From contig CAZVGK010000015.1 of NCBI GenBank assembly GCA_964626665.1, forward strand, positions 9,443 to 73,442: DNA of 64,000 nucleotides, written 5' to 3'. The translations under genes and the position numbers were made by a program. The stretch comes from an uncultured Gemmatimonadota bacterium. GTDB taxonomy: Bacteria > SM23-81 > DAOVCL01. Positions 1 through 9,804 of the stretch are shown piece after piece (within the stretch, counting starts at the first letter, position 1; every line of letters starts with the position of its first letter). Below the pieces are notes generated by a model. The model was not told the origin of the DNA, did no database searches, and saw only the letters and a program-made list of their open reading frames with translations.

Positions 1-363
1 TCTGGCAAAGTAATCTCAGATGAAGACGCGGATCTCCTTACTGGTTTGGATGGCGATGGTAATCCCTCTTTCCTTCCCCCCACGGTGATAAAGGATATGG
101 GAGAGATGTCTATGGAGGAAGTGAGGGAGGCACCACCTAAGGGTGATTATTCAGATAAGGCCAAGGTAGAAAAAGGCCATACCTACTGCATAGTCACCAG
201 AGAGAGCCATTATGTCAAGTTTTTTGTGGATGAAAAGCCCACAGAGGCGATGAAACTAACCATTCGTTGGGTTTACCAATCCGATGGAAGCAGGGAGTTG
301 AACTCGCGGGCTGGTGTCATTACCAGCACTACCTGGGGAAAGATAAAAGCTCTTTTTAGATAG
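1..363 (+). CDS. 3' part of a probable secreted protein ending in a TTWGKIKALFR motif (5'-truncated by window edge)
   Basis: Frame is open from base 1; ends ...GVITSTTWGKIKALFR*. Confidence 0.75.
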   Translation, partial: SGKVISDEDADLLTGLDGDGNPSFLPPTVIKDMGEMSMEEVREAPPKGDYSDKAKVEKGHTYCIVTRESHYVKFFVDEKPTEAMKLTIRWVYQSDGSRELNSRAGVITSTTWGKIKALFR

Positions 364-760
364 TAAAGGGTTGTAGGTGTAATGATTTATCTCAAATGGA
401 GAGGGGATAATTTCTCTCTCCATTATTTTTTTTGAGCCCTTATCTAAATTACTCACAAATTTAGTATCGAAGGTTTTACTACTTTTCCACATTATAGTTT
501 GCACATTGCTACTTCAAGTGTCATTGCGAAGAGCTTAACGGCGAAGCAATCCCGTAGTCTCAACTTGAAAACGAATGGTTCCTTTCCCACTAAAACGAGA
601 TAACAGAACCCCCATTCTGCCACCTTCCTCTCTTGTCCTCAAGTGAGGGCATCTGACCGCTTACGAGGTCTCTGAACGGCATCTTATGAGCAATTCGGCC
701 TAATTGGTAATTGAAGGCTTGACCCCATTTCACCCCAAGCATCTCAGTTTGACAGAATGC

Positions 761-1027
761 CTATTTAGTTTTAGCTTCTATTTCTTGCCAGAAATCCTTA
801 TGCGATACACCACCAGTCTTTTGAATCTGCTGGCGACCACGAGCCAAAACGGCTTGAAACTTGGGCGAATAGGCCAATACTAGCCGATCTATCTCTTCCT
901 CATCGGTTACCCCTAATAATACGGCTACCGGTTTACCATTTTTGGTAACCACAATCGGCCCCTTTTCAGATTCCTTTAAGTAGGCACTAAGATGTGCTTT
1001 TATTTCGGCAATGGGTGCAATCTTCAT
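761..1027 (-). CDS. Phd/YefM-family antitoxin
   Basis: MKIAPIAEIKAHLSAYL...GPIVVTKNGKPVAVL is a typical Phd fold; GGAGG RBS upstream. Confidence 0.9.
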   Translation of the reverse strand: MKIAPIAEIKAHLSAYLKESEKGPIVVTKNGKPVAVLLGVTDEEEIDRLVLAYSPKFQAVLARGRQQIQKTGGVSHKDFWQEIEAKTK

Positions 1028-1092
1028 AGATTTACCTCCTCTCCGCCAATGAACAAGCGATTCCCTTGTTTAATACCTATAGCCAGAATAAT
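1024..1092 (-). pseudogene. 3' remnant of a RelE/ParE-type toxin gene
   Basis: Translates IILAIGIKQGNRLFIGGEEVNL*; stop overlaps the antitoxin ATG (ATGA); no 5' part, sequence switches to the GGGACAC element. Confidence 0.7.
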
Positions 1093-1564
1093 AAAATAGG
1101 GACACTTCCCATTTTTAAATCATTTTTCTTGCACTGCCATGTGATTTGGGTATCAATTTTCTTTGCCCAATTTTCACCAACAAGATTCTCATAAAACTGT
1201 ATCCCTTTGAGACGCCTTGCCTTTGAGAGAGACTCTTCCTTCCCGGCGAAAGGGAAAGCATAGTGAGCCCTGGCGGGAAAAATAGGAAGTGTCCTCATTT
1301 ATCCTTTAAAATAAGAGGTGGGAGGCGTCCCAAGCAGGTGAGGGCGCTGCGGATGTCCGCATTCCTGCGTTTACAACGCAAAGACCTAACGCCTCGGAAA
1401 GTACACCTGGAACCGATACTTGGTCTTCGGGCTTACCTCCCACCTGATAAAATCATAAGCTGCTATTTCTCCAAGTTCTTTCGACGGTTGCCAAGATAGC
1501 CAAGTCGAATAGGGTTCAAATCTAAATTTAACCCACATTGTTTGGGGTCTGGTTGAGCGAATAG

Positions 1565-1912
1565 TTATGCGGCCTTAATCCATTTTGCGAGCTTTTGCTT
1601 TAGTCTGAGGAGGCGATCCTGGTTTATTTGGCCCAATTTTCCAATGAGAATCTCTCCATCTACGACAGCGAGCCTGCTGGTTCGAATAACGCTTGGAAAT
1701 TTCAACCCAGATTGCAAGTGATCCGAATCTTCTGAAGTGATAACTTCATCCAGTTCAGGTAGTTGCTGATGAAGCTGGGAAGAAATCATGCAAATAAGCC
1801 AATCATCATATTCCCCAGGCAATCTGCGCAAAACAAGGACTGGACGAAACTTTCCGGCCTCTTGATCAGTTCGTAGAAACTTGAATAAAACAATTTGTCC
1901 TTCGGAAATCAT
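1565..1912 (-). CDS. PemK/MazF-family toxin
   Basis: GQIVLFKF..TDQ..GKFRPVLVL...CMISS...SGLKFPSVIRTSRL pattern. Confidence 0.9.
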   Translation of the reverse strand: MISEGQIVLFKFLRTDQEAGKFRPVLVLRRLPGEYDDWLICMISSQLHQQLPELDEVITSEDSDHLQSGLKFPSVIRTSRLAVVDGEILIGKLGQINQDRLLRLKQKLAKWIKAA

Positions 1913-2121
1913 GAGAAAATTTCCTTAAGATCATCCAGTGAATAGGGAGACTTTTCGTCTTCCATTCCTCGCATCGCAGAAGACAGAGAAAGGTCTGTCC
2001 AGTCTTTTCTCTCTTGTTTTTCTACATTTGAGCGTAGATATTCCACAAAATCAAGAACTTCTACCTGTTTAGATTCCGGCAATGCTTGTATATTTTTGAT
2101 AATCTTCTCTGCCAAGCTCAT
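1909..2121 (-). CDS. DUF2281-like antitoxin partner
   Basis: LPESKQVEVLDFVEYL motif; 4-nt overlap with the toxin start. Confidence 0.8.
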   Translation of the reverse strand: MSLAEKIIKNIQALPESKQVEVLDFVEYLRSNVEKQERKDWTDLSLSSAMRGMEDEKSPYSLDDLKEIFS

Positions 2122-2233
2122 ACTATCCCTCCAGTTTTACTTATAGTTATGGGACATAAATTGAATTGGATTCGAACCTTTAATTAGGGGGTTGTTCAAC
2201 AACAAAAAACTAATCCCTCTAACTTAATTCTCA

Positions 2234-2360
2234 AGATGACCCGGCCATCCCTGGTTGATGAACTGTAACTCAAGAATGCAAACTTGAGCGCTGCGGTTTT
2301 GTTCCTCCCGATTCCCCATCACCCCACTTCGTTCTGCGAGAGGGTTTTCTCTCTTCATCT
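2234..2360 (-). promoter_or_regulatory. Second copy of the GEMM (c-di-GMP-I)-like leader RNA, partly degenerate
   Basis: Minus strand CGCAGAACGAAG...ATCGGGAGGAACAAAACCGCAG...GGATGGCCGGGTCATC is homologous to 7546-7680; lies behind TTGACA-17-TAATTT. Confidence 0.45.
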
Positions 2361-2799
2361 TCAGGAGTTACGATAAAATTAGCAAATTATCTCCAATTTG
2401 TCAAGGACTTTTTACGATTTGCTCGGCCCATCATCTCTCGAAGTCGCGATAGATAACCAGGTAGGTGGAAATTCATTTTGGGACGTAGATGAACGCAGAT
2501 CCTCAAGATTTTAGAAATTTTTTTCCTGTCAGGGTTCCTGCCCTGACGGAAAGGGGGAAACACTGGACTCGTTGGTTCTCCTTTTTTTCGCTGTGGAAAT
2601 AGCCTCTACTTCAACAGAGTCAAGGGGCTCAGACCTCACAGTGTTCTGTCATTGCGAGGAGTGCAAGCTTTTGGACGACGAAGCAATCTCATTGGTGAGT
2701 TCCGTATGAATTGCAGGGACAGGGCTTCAACCCTGTCCAAGGAGATCAACCTTTCAGAAATCGAGTTTGCTCCTGTCTAACTCCCTTTAAATAGACAAC

Positions 2800-2871
2800 G
2801 TCTCACAACCAGGCTTATCTGTTGTTATGGAGCGCAGCTAAATAGCGGTCAGGTGGAGCGACTTGTTAGGT
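2800..2871 (-). repeat. Degenerate integron attC site
   Basis: Minus strand ACCTAAC-AAGTCGCTCCACCTGACCGCTATTTAGCTGCGCTCCATAACAACAGATAAGCCTGGTT-GTGAGAC directly after the toxin stop; RYYYAAC intact, GTTRRRY decayed. Confidence 0.7.
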
Positions 2872-2877
2872 TGTGCC

Positions 2878-3147
2878 CTATAGTTGAGATAATAATTTAT
2901 CATAATCCGAATGCGAGCCGATCCAAAACCATACCATTCCACTTTTTGTTCTCTGGCCGAGAGCACGATAACCTTTTGATACTCGTGCAGAGTAGATTGG
3001 GATGGTGGGATGCACTTGTTTAAACCGTAAGCTTGGATGCCACGGATTTTGCCTGAATTGTCTATACGCTCCCCGAGCTTGAACACGAACCCGCTCTGGT
3101 AATACGGAAAATGCCTTTCTAAATCTCCTTGTGGTTCTCGATTTCAC
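2878..3147 (-). CDS. RelE/ParE-superfamily toxin
   Basis: HPSLRFKQV...YSARVSKGYRALG...WFWIGSHSDYDKL. Confidence 0.85.
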   Translation of the reverse strand: MKSRTTRRFRKAFSVLPERVRVQARGAYRQFRQNPWHPSLRFKQVHPTIPIYSARVSKGYRALGQRTKSGMVWFWIGSHSDYDKLLSQL

Positions 3148-3362
3148 AGGGAATCTGGATCAAGTTCCTTTGTTTCCCCATTTCGGTCCTCCTCCATTGC
3201 CTCTGCAGCCAGCTTAGCGAGCGCATCCTGCGACTTGGAAAATGCTTGTTCCCAACGAGCCTCATCCTCCAGCTCTTCAAGGATAATAGTAGCGATGGCA
3301 TCTTGCTCAGCATCAGGAAGCCTTCCCGCCTTTTTCATTGCGCGTTCAAGTAACTTAGACAT
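3144..3362 (-). CDS. Cognate antitoxin
   Basis: Small acidic protein overlapping the toxin start (LPDAEQDAIA..ILEELEDEARW). Confidence 0.8.
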   Translation of the reverse strand: MSKLLERAMKKAGRLPDAEQDAIATIILEELEDEARWEQAFSKSQDALAKLAAEAMEEDRNGETKELDPDSL

Positions 3363-4076
3363 ACTGGTTTACCTCCTACTGAACATTTCTGTCCTCTCCT
3401 ATTCAGTGCATGGGATTTGCTAATTGCTCTTGAAGGAAAAAAAATAGGGACACTTCCCTTATTTTCTGTATCTTCAATCTTCTAACCCCACCATCTGCAA
3501 CCCTGAAGATCCCATTCCTCGCCACACCTGGGTCCAGACCTAAGCCAAGAAAGAAACAGGCCTGCTACCAATTTGCACCTTCGAAAGCCCGTTTATCCTT
3601 TGTTGAAGTATGGTCTTTAATCATTGGAGTCTTGTTCTTATAATAACAAATTGTATTCCCTTTGTCAAGGATCTTCTCGATTTGCTTAACTCAACTCTTC
3701 GTAAGTAGCCGTAACTGGCCGAGAAGGAAATTTCATTTTGAACGCAGATTGCTAGGATTTTAGGTATTAGCTTTCTGCGTTTATCGGCGAAATCTGCGTC
3801 CTGATTAAAGGTTCTCTCATTTTTTTCTTGTGTTATCAGAGTTCCTGCCTGCACTGACAGGTCCAACGAAGTGAATTTTGGTAGGGGTTGGATTTATCCA
3901 ATCCGCACCCCTTACGGGTTCGATAAATCGAACTCGTACATTTTAGTGCGACGTCAGGATTCCCAACCCTGCCATGAATTAAAAAACCTCCCGCAGATTC
4001 CAAATCTGCGAGAGGTTGCTCTCGAACCCCCGATCTACGATCTACGGTTCCTTTTAGTCCTTTTACTTGTGCCTTG

Positions 4077-7000
4077 TCACTTCAGTAAAATCATCTTCCT
4101 TGTCTCCACAAAATCCCCAGCTTTCAACCGATAAAAGTAAACCCCACTGGAGAAAGAACTTGCATCCCACCTGACCGATTTATATGCCGCCGTCTGTCTT
4201 CCATCTACCAAGGTTGCTACCTTCTGTCCAAGGACACCATACACTTCCAGCCTTACTTGACAGTCCCTTGGTATGCTATACCTGATCTCCGTAGTTGGAT
4301 TAAAAGGATTAGGATAATTCTGGGAAAGAGAAAAGCTCTCAGGCAACTTCTCAGTCCCATTATTGGAAATACCTACAAACAGGCAACTGGCCTCATTAGA
4401 ATACTCGCTCTCATTACCGGCAAAGTCAAAGGCAGAAACCTGATAGTAATAGGTGGCACCGCTGATGACCGCAGTATCACCGTAGAGTGTATCTATGGTT
4501 GTTCCTAGAAGGCTTAAGGTAGTATCTGGGTTAGTCCTTCTGTAGATGGCATAATAACGGAAGTCCTCATCTGGGATAGCATTCCAAACCAGGTTTATGG
4601 ATGTATCCCCTGAAGCGGCCATCAGCCCCTGGGGTGTTGAAGGGGCCAGGTTGTCTACCGAATAGCCACTGTCAATTTCGGAGACGAAGTAGACTAATGG
4701 TTCAGGAGTCATAGCGGAGATAAAGAATACTGACCAGCAAACACCTTCAACTGTGGAATCACACAGAGTAGGTGCAACGTAGTTGTATACCTCCTGTCCA
4801 CAGGCAGGCACGGCCAAGACATAATCCCAATCCCCTGGAGGGAAGGATTGCAAGGAAGGAATATTATCCTCTTTAGCCTCTTTACCAACCAATGCAACTG
4901 AGAGGCTGTCAATTCTTCTCCATAAGCAGTATTCTGTGATGGTAACCGTATCCCCTGGGCTATCGTATTCGGAGGCATACCAGGAGACTCTCACCTCCCG
5001 TCCCTGGTCATTGGGCACATCGGTGATAGATTTGATAATCGGCGGATTCCATACGGTATTGACGATGAAACTCCTCACCGGTATCCATTCCCCATACTCA
5101 AACCCATCATAGGCTCTTGCCCTCCACCAGTATGGCCATTCCTCCTCCAGGGGAACATCAACCTGCCAACTGGTGTAATCCGTCCCCTCCTGCACCCCAG
5201 TTACCGATGTAATAACGCTGTCCATAAGGCTATCGCTGTAAACCACGAAGCTATAGGTCAAGGTATCCCCCTCACCATCAGAGCTGTTGGAAACAATCAG
5301 TATTACTATGCTATCACCCAGGATTTGGCCGTCATAAGGGCTTAAGACTATTGGTATGGTGGGAAGGCTGTTCATCCTGAAGGATAGATTGGCCCAACTT
5401 GACCACAGTCCGCCACTATTCTTGACTTTTGCCCTCAAGTAGTAGATCTCCCCATCAACCAAGGAACTTCCAGCATAGGTTACAAAGGTGTCCGCACTGC
5501 TCGCCTCCCCTATATCCCACATCTCAGCAACCGTCCAGTCGTCATCAGTTCCTACCTGAACCTGGAAGGTAGCTTGAGCCAAAGTCCCTGGGTCGGAATA
5601 TGACCAGGCGATTAACGGGTTGTGAGTAATCAGATGTTCTATATCCTCCGAACCCCCAATGTCCAGATTGGAAATAAACGGGTGTGGGCTTTCACCCACC
5701 AGAACGGTGGTGAACTTGGTGGAATCCACATTAGAGGTTATGGTGACCATTTCCCCAACTGTAGCTCCAATGGATATACCTTCCACGCTGACGGAGTCTA
5801 TCAAAGCAGTTCCCCTGAATATGCCGGAGATGGAATCAGTTTCCGTAAGAGCAACACGAATACCCAATGTATCCGTTGAATCACTGGTTATTGTAACTGT
5901 GGTCTGGTTAACACAAATCGAATCGCTGTCTTCACCCTCAAGCTGGATATACATTGTCGCCCCGACCCACAGATCGATGGTTAAATCATCCGTGTAAGCG
6001 CCATCTGCTTTCAGCACCACACAATACACAGAATCCGGTTCACCTACTGTGGGAGAGGTAAGAATAGGATCATAAAGAACTTTCCCTAAGGTTAAGTCAT
6101 TATAGTAATCATAAATTCTGTCATCAACCGAATCTGTATTTGTTGTGCCCCACCAGTTGTAGGTGGCATCAATGTCATTACTGTTATTATGAAGGTAAAT
6201 CTCATATTCACCCTCGTTCACAAGATTGTTATAGTTTATCGTAGGCGTTGCGTCACCATAGCTCTGGCAGTAAATACCAGCCCCATTACCAGAAGCAGAA
6301 TTCGCAGTGATGGTGTTGCCGGTAATAGTTGGAGCTGCCCTGAAGCAGACAATACCACCCCCATTACCAGAAGCAGAATTCCCAGTGATGGTGTTGCCAG
6401 TAATAGTTGGACATGCGTTCACAAACTCGCAGAAAATACCACCCCCCGCATCAGCGGAATTCCCACTAATGGTGTTGTCGGTAATAGTTGGGGATGAATT
6501 GTAGCAGAAAATACCACCCCCCTCATCAGCGGAATTCCCAGTGATGGTGTTGCCAATAACAACAGTTGGGTTAGAACAATAGAGGTAAATACCACCCCCA
6601 TGTCGGCAAGTCCACCAATCGCCATTCCCAGTTATGGTGTTGCCGGTAATGGTGGGAGAGGACCAATCGCAGCAAATACCAGCCCCATCTGAAGAAGCAG
6701 AATTTCCAGTGATGGTGTTGCCAGTAATAGTTGGAGATGAAGACCCTCCGAAGTAAATACCACCGCCATAACTACCGGAATTCCCAGTGATGGTATTGTG
6801 ACTAATGAACGGTGAAGCGTTGTCACCATGGATTGCACCGTCGTAATTTGTCCCTGGGATATCTCCTCCATACTCAATCCTACAATACTCAACAATGCAC
6901 CCACTAACATAATTGCCCAGTGTATCCAAAACTACATCCACGCTGGTATCAACAAACTTGATACTTCCCCAGTCCCTTGGTTGTGGCGTTGCATTGTTAC

Positions 7001-7283
7001 TGGTGAAGACAATGCTATCTGTCACCGTCCCCCTGGCTATCAACTCCGCGCCAATATTAAGGGATAGTCCATCGTTGAATTTCACCGTCACCCCGGGCTC
7101 AATGGTCAAGGTTGCTCCATCGAGCACCTGCACTGTACCCACCACAATATAGGGACTCCCAGCGATCGTCCAGGTGGTATCAGAGGTGATATTGCCACTA
7201 ACCTCCGTATCGGCAATGGCTTGCTGAAGAGCAAAACTAAAGAGAAATATCATTGCAACGAAACCTACTGTTGCCTTTCTCAT
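4077..7283 (-). CDS. Secreted protein with right-handed beta-helix repeats, Fn3-like domains and a T9SS/FlgD-type C-terminal domain
   Basis: Signal peptide; repeated [18 protein letters not shown]-terminus [11 protein letters not shown]...GVYFYRL...RKMILLK. Confidence 0.9.
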   Translation of the reverse strand: MRKATVGFVAMIFLFSFALQQAIADTEVSGNITSDTTWTIAGSPYIVVGTVQVLDGATLTIEPGVTVKFNDGLSLNIGAELIARGTVTDSIVFTSNNATPQPRDWGSIKFVDTSVDVVLDTLGNYVSGCIVEYCRIEYGGDIPGTNYDGAIHGDNASPFISHNTITGNSGSYGGGIYFGGSSSPTITGNTITGNSASSDGAGICCDWSSPTITGNTITGNGDWWTCRHGGGIYLYCSNPTVVIGNTITGNSADEGGGIFCYNSSPTITDNTISGNSADAGGGIFCEFVNACPTITGNTITGNSASGNGGGIVCFRAAPTITGNTITANSASGNGAGIYCQSYGDATPTINYNNLVNEGEYEIYLHNNSNDIDATYNWWGTTNTDSVDDRIYDYYNDLTLGKVLYDPILTSPTVGEPDSVYCVVLKADGAYTDDLTIDLWVGATMYIQLEGEDSDSICVNQTTVTITSDSTDTLGIRVALTETDSISGIFRGTALIDSVSVEGISIGATVGEMVTITSNVDSTKFTTVLVGESPHPFISNLDIGGSEDIEHLITHNPLIAWSYSDPGTLAQATFQVQVGTDDDWTVAEMWDIGEASSADTFVTYAGSSLVDGEIYYLRAKVKNSGGLWSSWANLSFRMNSLPTIPIVLSPYDGQILGDSIVILIVSNSSDGEGDTLTYSFVVYSDSLMDSVITSVTGVQEGTDYTSWQVDVPLEEEWPYWWRARAYDGFEYGEWIPVRSFIVNTVWNPPIIKSITDVPNDQGREVRVSWYASEYDSPGDTVTITEYCLWRRIDSLSVALVGKEAKEDNIPSLQSFPPGDWDYVLAVPACGQEVYNYVAPTLCDSTVEGVCWSVFFISAMTPEPLVYFVSEIDSGYSVDNLAPSTPQGLMAASGDTSINLVWNAIPDEDFRYYAIYRRTNPDTTLSLLGTTIDTLYGDTAVISGATYYYQVSAFDFAGNESEYSNEASCLFVGISNNGTEKLPESFSLSQNYPNPFNPTTEIRYSIPRDCQVRLEVYGVLGQKVATLVDGRQTAAYKSVRWDASSFSSGVYFYRLKAGDFVETRKMILLK

Positions 7284-7333
7284 CTTGTTCCCCTCCTTCC
7301 TATTTGATACGCTACCTATTTAGCGTTTTAAGC

Positions 7334-7384
7334 TCACTTCATCAAAACCATTCTCCCTGTCTCCACAAAATCCCCGGATTTCAA
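7334..7384 (-). pseudogene. Orphan last 16 codons of another CTD-bearing gene
   Basis: LKSGDFVETGRMVLMK*, homologous to [16 protein letters not shown] at 4077-4127. Confidence 0.75.
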
Positions 7385-7514
7385 TAAAGATAGGGACACT
7401 TCTCATATTTTTCTAGGCAAATTCGGGGAGCTGCCCATTTTGTATCCTCTAACAGTCCTCTCTAAGTCCGTCAGGGCAGGAACCCTGACGGCACAGGCGC
7501 TTTCAATGTGACGG

Positions 7515-7680
7515 AAAGGAAAAGCCAGCCTGCTTTAGCTCGATCCTTCGGCAGCCCGGCTATCCTGGGTTATTGAGCTCCGGCTCAAGAATGTATGCCC
7601 AAGTCCCGCGGCTTTGTTCCTCCCGATTTCCCCTCACCATACTTCGTTCTGCGGAAAAAATATGCTTTGTCGCCATCGGA
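7515..7680 (-). promoter_or_regulatory. GEMM (c-di-GMP-I)-like riboswitch candidate with overlapping intrinsic terminator
   Basis: ACAAAGCCGCGGGACT...GGATAGCCGGGCTGCCGAA matches the GEMM P3/P1 pattern; AGCCGGGCTGC can pair with downstream GCAGGCTGGCT followed by TTTTCCTTT; TTGACC-17-TATCTT promoter upstream; 5' half atypical. Confidence 0.55.
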
Positions 7681-7921
7681 ATCTTAATGAAGATAGTAAA
7701 TTAAATCCTCTTGGTCAAGGATTTTTTTGACGATTTAACTGAACCCCTCTAAAGTCGCCATAAAGCTGGTAGCACAGGACAATTCCATTTTTGAACGCAG
7801 ATGAACGCAGATTGCCAGATTTTAGGTATTGGCTTTCTGCGGGTATCAACGAAAACCTGCGTCCTGATTAAAGGTTCTCTCATTCTTAATTCTACATTCT
7901 ACATTCTTCATTCTCTCCTCC

Positions 7922-8662
7922 CTACGAGGAGAGCAGATCCTTAAGGATACGCAAAGCTTTAGAGGCTGGTTGTTGGATGAATATATCGGTGATAGCCTCC
8001 GTATATTCTGATTTTTCTATGTTTATCTCGATTATCTTTGCCCCTTGACTTTGGGCAATTTTAGGTATCATCCCTGCAGGATAGACCACCCCTGTTGTGC
8101 CAATGACCAGCATTGCCTGCAAGTTCTCCATCAACTCCCCAACCCCCTTCAATGCCTTGACCGGAATAGGTTCTCCAAAGAAGACGAAATCCGGCTTCAG
8201 TATGGTGCCACAAATTTTGCAGATAGGGGGAAAGTCCATCTGGGAAAGGTTTGCCTCTTGATATTCGTCACATCTGCGGCAATACAATAGTCTGGTGTTC
8301 CCGTGATATTCGATCACATTCTTGCTCCCAGCTTTGTAATGGAGGTTATCGATGTTCTGGGTGATTATGCCTTGGAGCAATCCCCTCTCCTCCATCCAGG
8401 CCAAGCTGAGGTGGGCGTCATTTGGTTGGACATCCTTTAGGAAGTCGTAGAATATCTTCTTGATGACCTCCCAGCATTCCTTGGGGTGTCTGTAGAAATA
8501 GTCCAATTCCAGAAGTCTGGGATCGTATTTGGACCAGAGCCCGTCCGGCCCTCGGAAATCAGGAACGCCACTCTCCACCGAGATGCCCGCTCCGGTGAAA
8601 GCCACTGTCTTATGGCTCTGCCTTATCAATTGAGCCGCCCTTTTTAACGCATTGGCCTCCAT
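7922..8662 (-). CDS. cobB: NAD-dependent protein deacylase (Sir2/CobB family)
   Basis: GAGISVESGVPDFRG, TQNIDNLH, HG, CxxC/CxxC, KPDFVFFGE. Confidence 0.92.
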   Translation of the reverse strand: MEANALKRAAQLIRQSHKTVAFTGAGISVESGVPDFRGPDGLWSKYDPRLLELDYFYRHPKECWEVIKKIFYDFLKDVQPNDAHLSLAWMEERGLLQGIITQNIDNLHYKAGSKNVIEYHGNTRLLYCRRCDEYQEANLSQMDFPPICKICGTILKPDFVFFGEPIPVKALKGVGELMENLQAMLVIGTTGVVYPAGMIPKIAQSQGAKIIEINIEKSEYTEAITDIFIQQPASKALRILKDLLSS

Positions 8663-8959
8663 TGATTTCGCGCCTCATCTTTGACTACCTATAAAAATTC
8701 ACCACGGATAACCACGGAATGACACGGAAAAATAGGGATCAGTAGTCAGTTTAGAGTAATCAAGAATTAGGAAGAATAGCGTAGACTTCATTCTCAATTT
8801 TCAATTGATAAGTCAGCTCTCAGCGGTTAGCACTCAGCTTTTGACTCTTGTCTTTCGTCCTTCGTCTCCTCTGATCTACGAGTAACGAGCTACGATACAC
8901 GATCTACGATGATTTTTTGGTTGCGGCTTTGCCACGCTGTGGGATTCTGGGGTGAGCCG

Positions 8960-9154
8960 TTACCTTAAGTTTCTGCGGATTTCCCCATTTGGTAACATAT
9001 TGTCTGGGTGGAATTCCCCTTTTTCCTCCATTTGGTAACGAATGCAGTTCTTATTGCCCACCAAGCAATAATTTTCCACCCAATACTTCTCCAATTTCCC
9101 TTCATCAGTGAAGTACTTGATGGGACAACTGTAATACCATTTGCATACCGCCAT
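8960..9154 (-). CDS. Small Cys-rich hypothetical protein
   Basis: GAAGGAG RBS; four Cys (CKWYYSCP...YC..GNKNCIRY) and HPDNMLPNG end. Confidence 0.7.
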   Translation of the reverse strand: MAVCKWYYSCPIKYFTDEGKLEKYWVENYCLVGNKNCIRYQMEEKGEFHPDNMLPNGEIRRNLR

Positions 9155-9417
9155 ATTTTTTGTTTGAATTTGTCTCCTTCGCTATTTGTAGTGCATAACG
9201 AGTACAAATCCGAAGCGAGACTGGGAATTACGTCTATCGGAACCAACGGCTTATTGCTGTCAGAGCTCCTGCCCGGACAAAAGAGATTCCTTTCCTGGGT
9301 ACGATAGTTTCTTTGACCTGCCTAAGGTTTGCAACACTCAAGATATTTTTCGGGATTTTCAATTTGGGCGTGACTCAATCTAGAGCCCGAAGTGGAGGAA
9401 GCACCGGATCTCTTTCT

Positions 9418-9551
9418 TATCACATCTTCTACAATCTTAATTTCTTCCACTATCAATCCGTACAATTGTAAACCACCTGATTGATCCGGTGTTCGATCAT
9501 GTCGGTTTGGCATTGAATTATCATCTCTTTGTGGCTTGTTTTCGCCGTCAA
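9418..9551 (-). pseudogene. Decayed, frameshifted copy of the RM gene's 3' end
   Basis: LTAKTSHKEMIIQCQTDMIEHRINQVVY / LYGLIVEEIKIVED versus LAVAKTPDEKTRLQRQIDATDQQIDRLVYELYGLTEEEIKIVEE. Confidence 0.75.
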
Positions 9552-9804
9552 GGTCATCGTATACCTGTCCCGCGATTTTGCGAGCAGCGGAAACATCGAT
9601 TCGAAACGGCGCGCAGCCTCGTCTGATTAACAGGTTCGGGTTCTATCAAAGTGCCAAACATTTTGAGAGGGAAATAAAGGACGTGGCGCAGATAAATTCC
9701 TATTGCCCCGTTTTCCCTCATTCCCTGCGAATTTAAAAAAAGATGTGCTGAATGTGTAGCTAGGCTACAGTGGACAAAGCAGCTTCCGCACACTCTTTTT
9801 ATCT

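Noticed and set aside
6280-6810. Regularly spaced ~66-75 nt repeats resembling a CRISPR array
   Set aside because: In-frame coding repeats of the beta-helix domain; no cas genes
7922-8662. Sir2 protein as an antiphage NADase (Thoeris/DSR)
   Set aside because: Ordinary stand-alone CobB-type deacylase with a zinc-binding domain
9322-9513. 63-aa ORF as a real gene
   Set aside because: It is the frameshifted remnant of an RM 3' end
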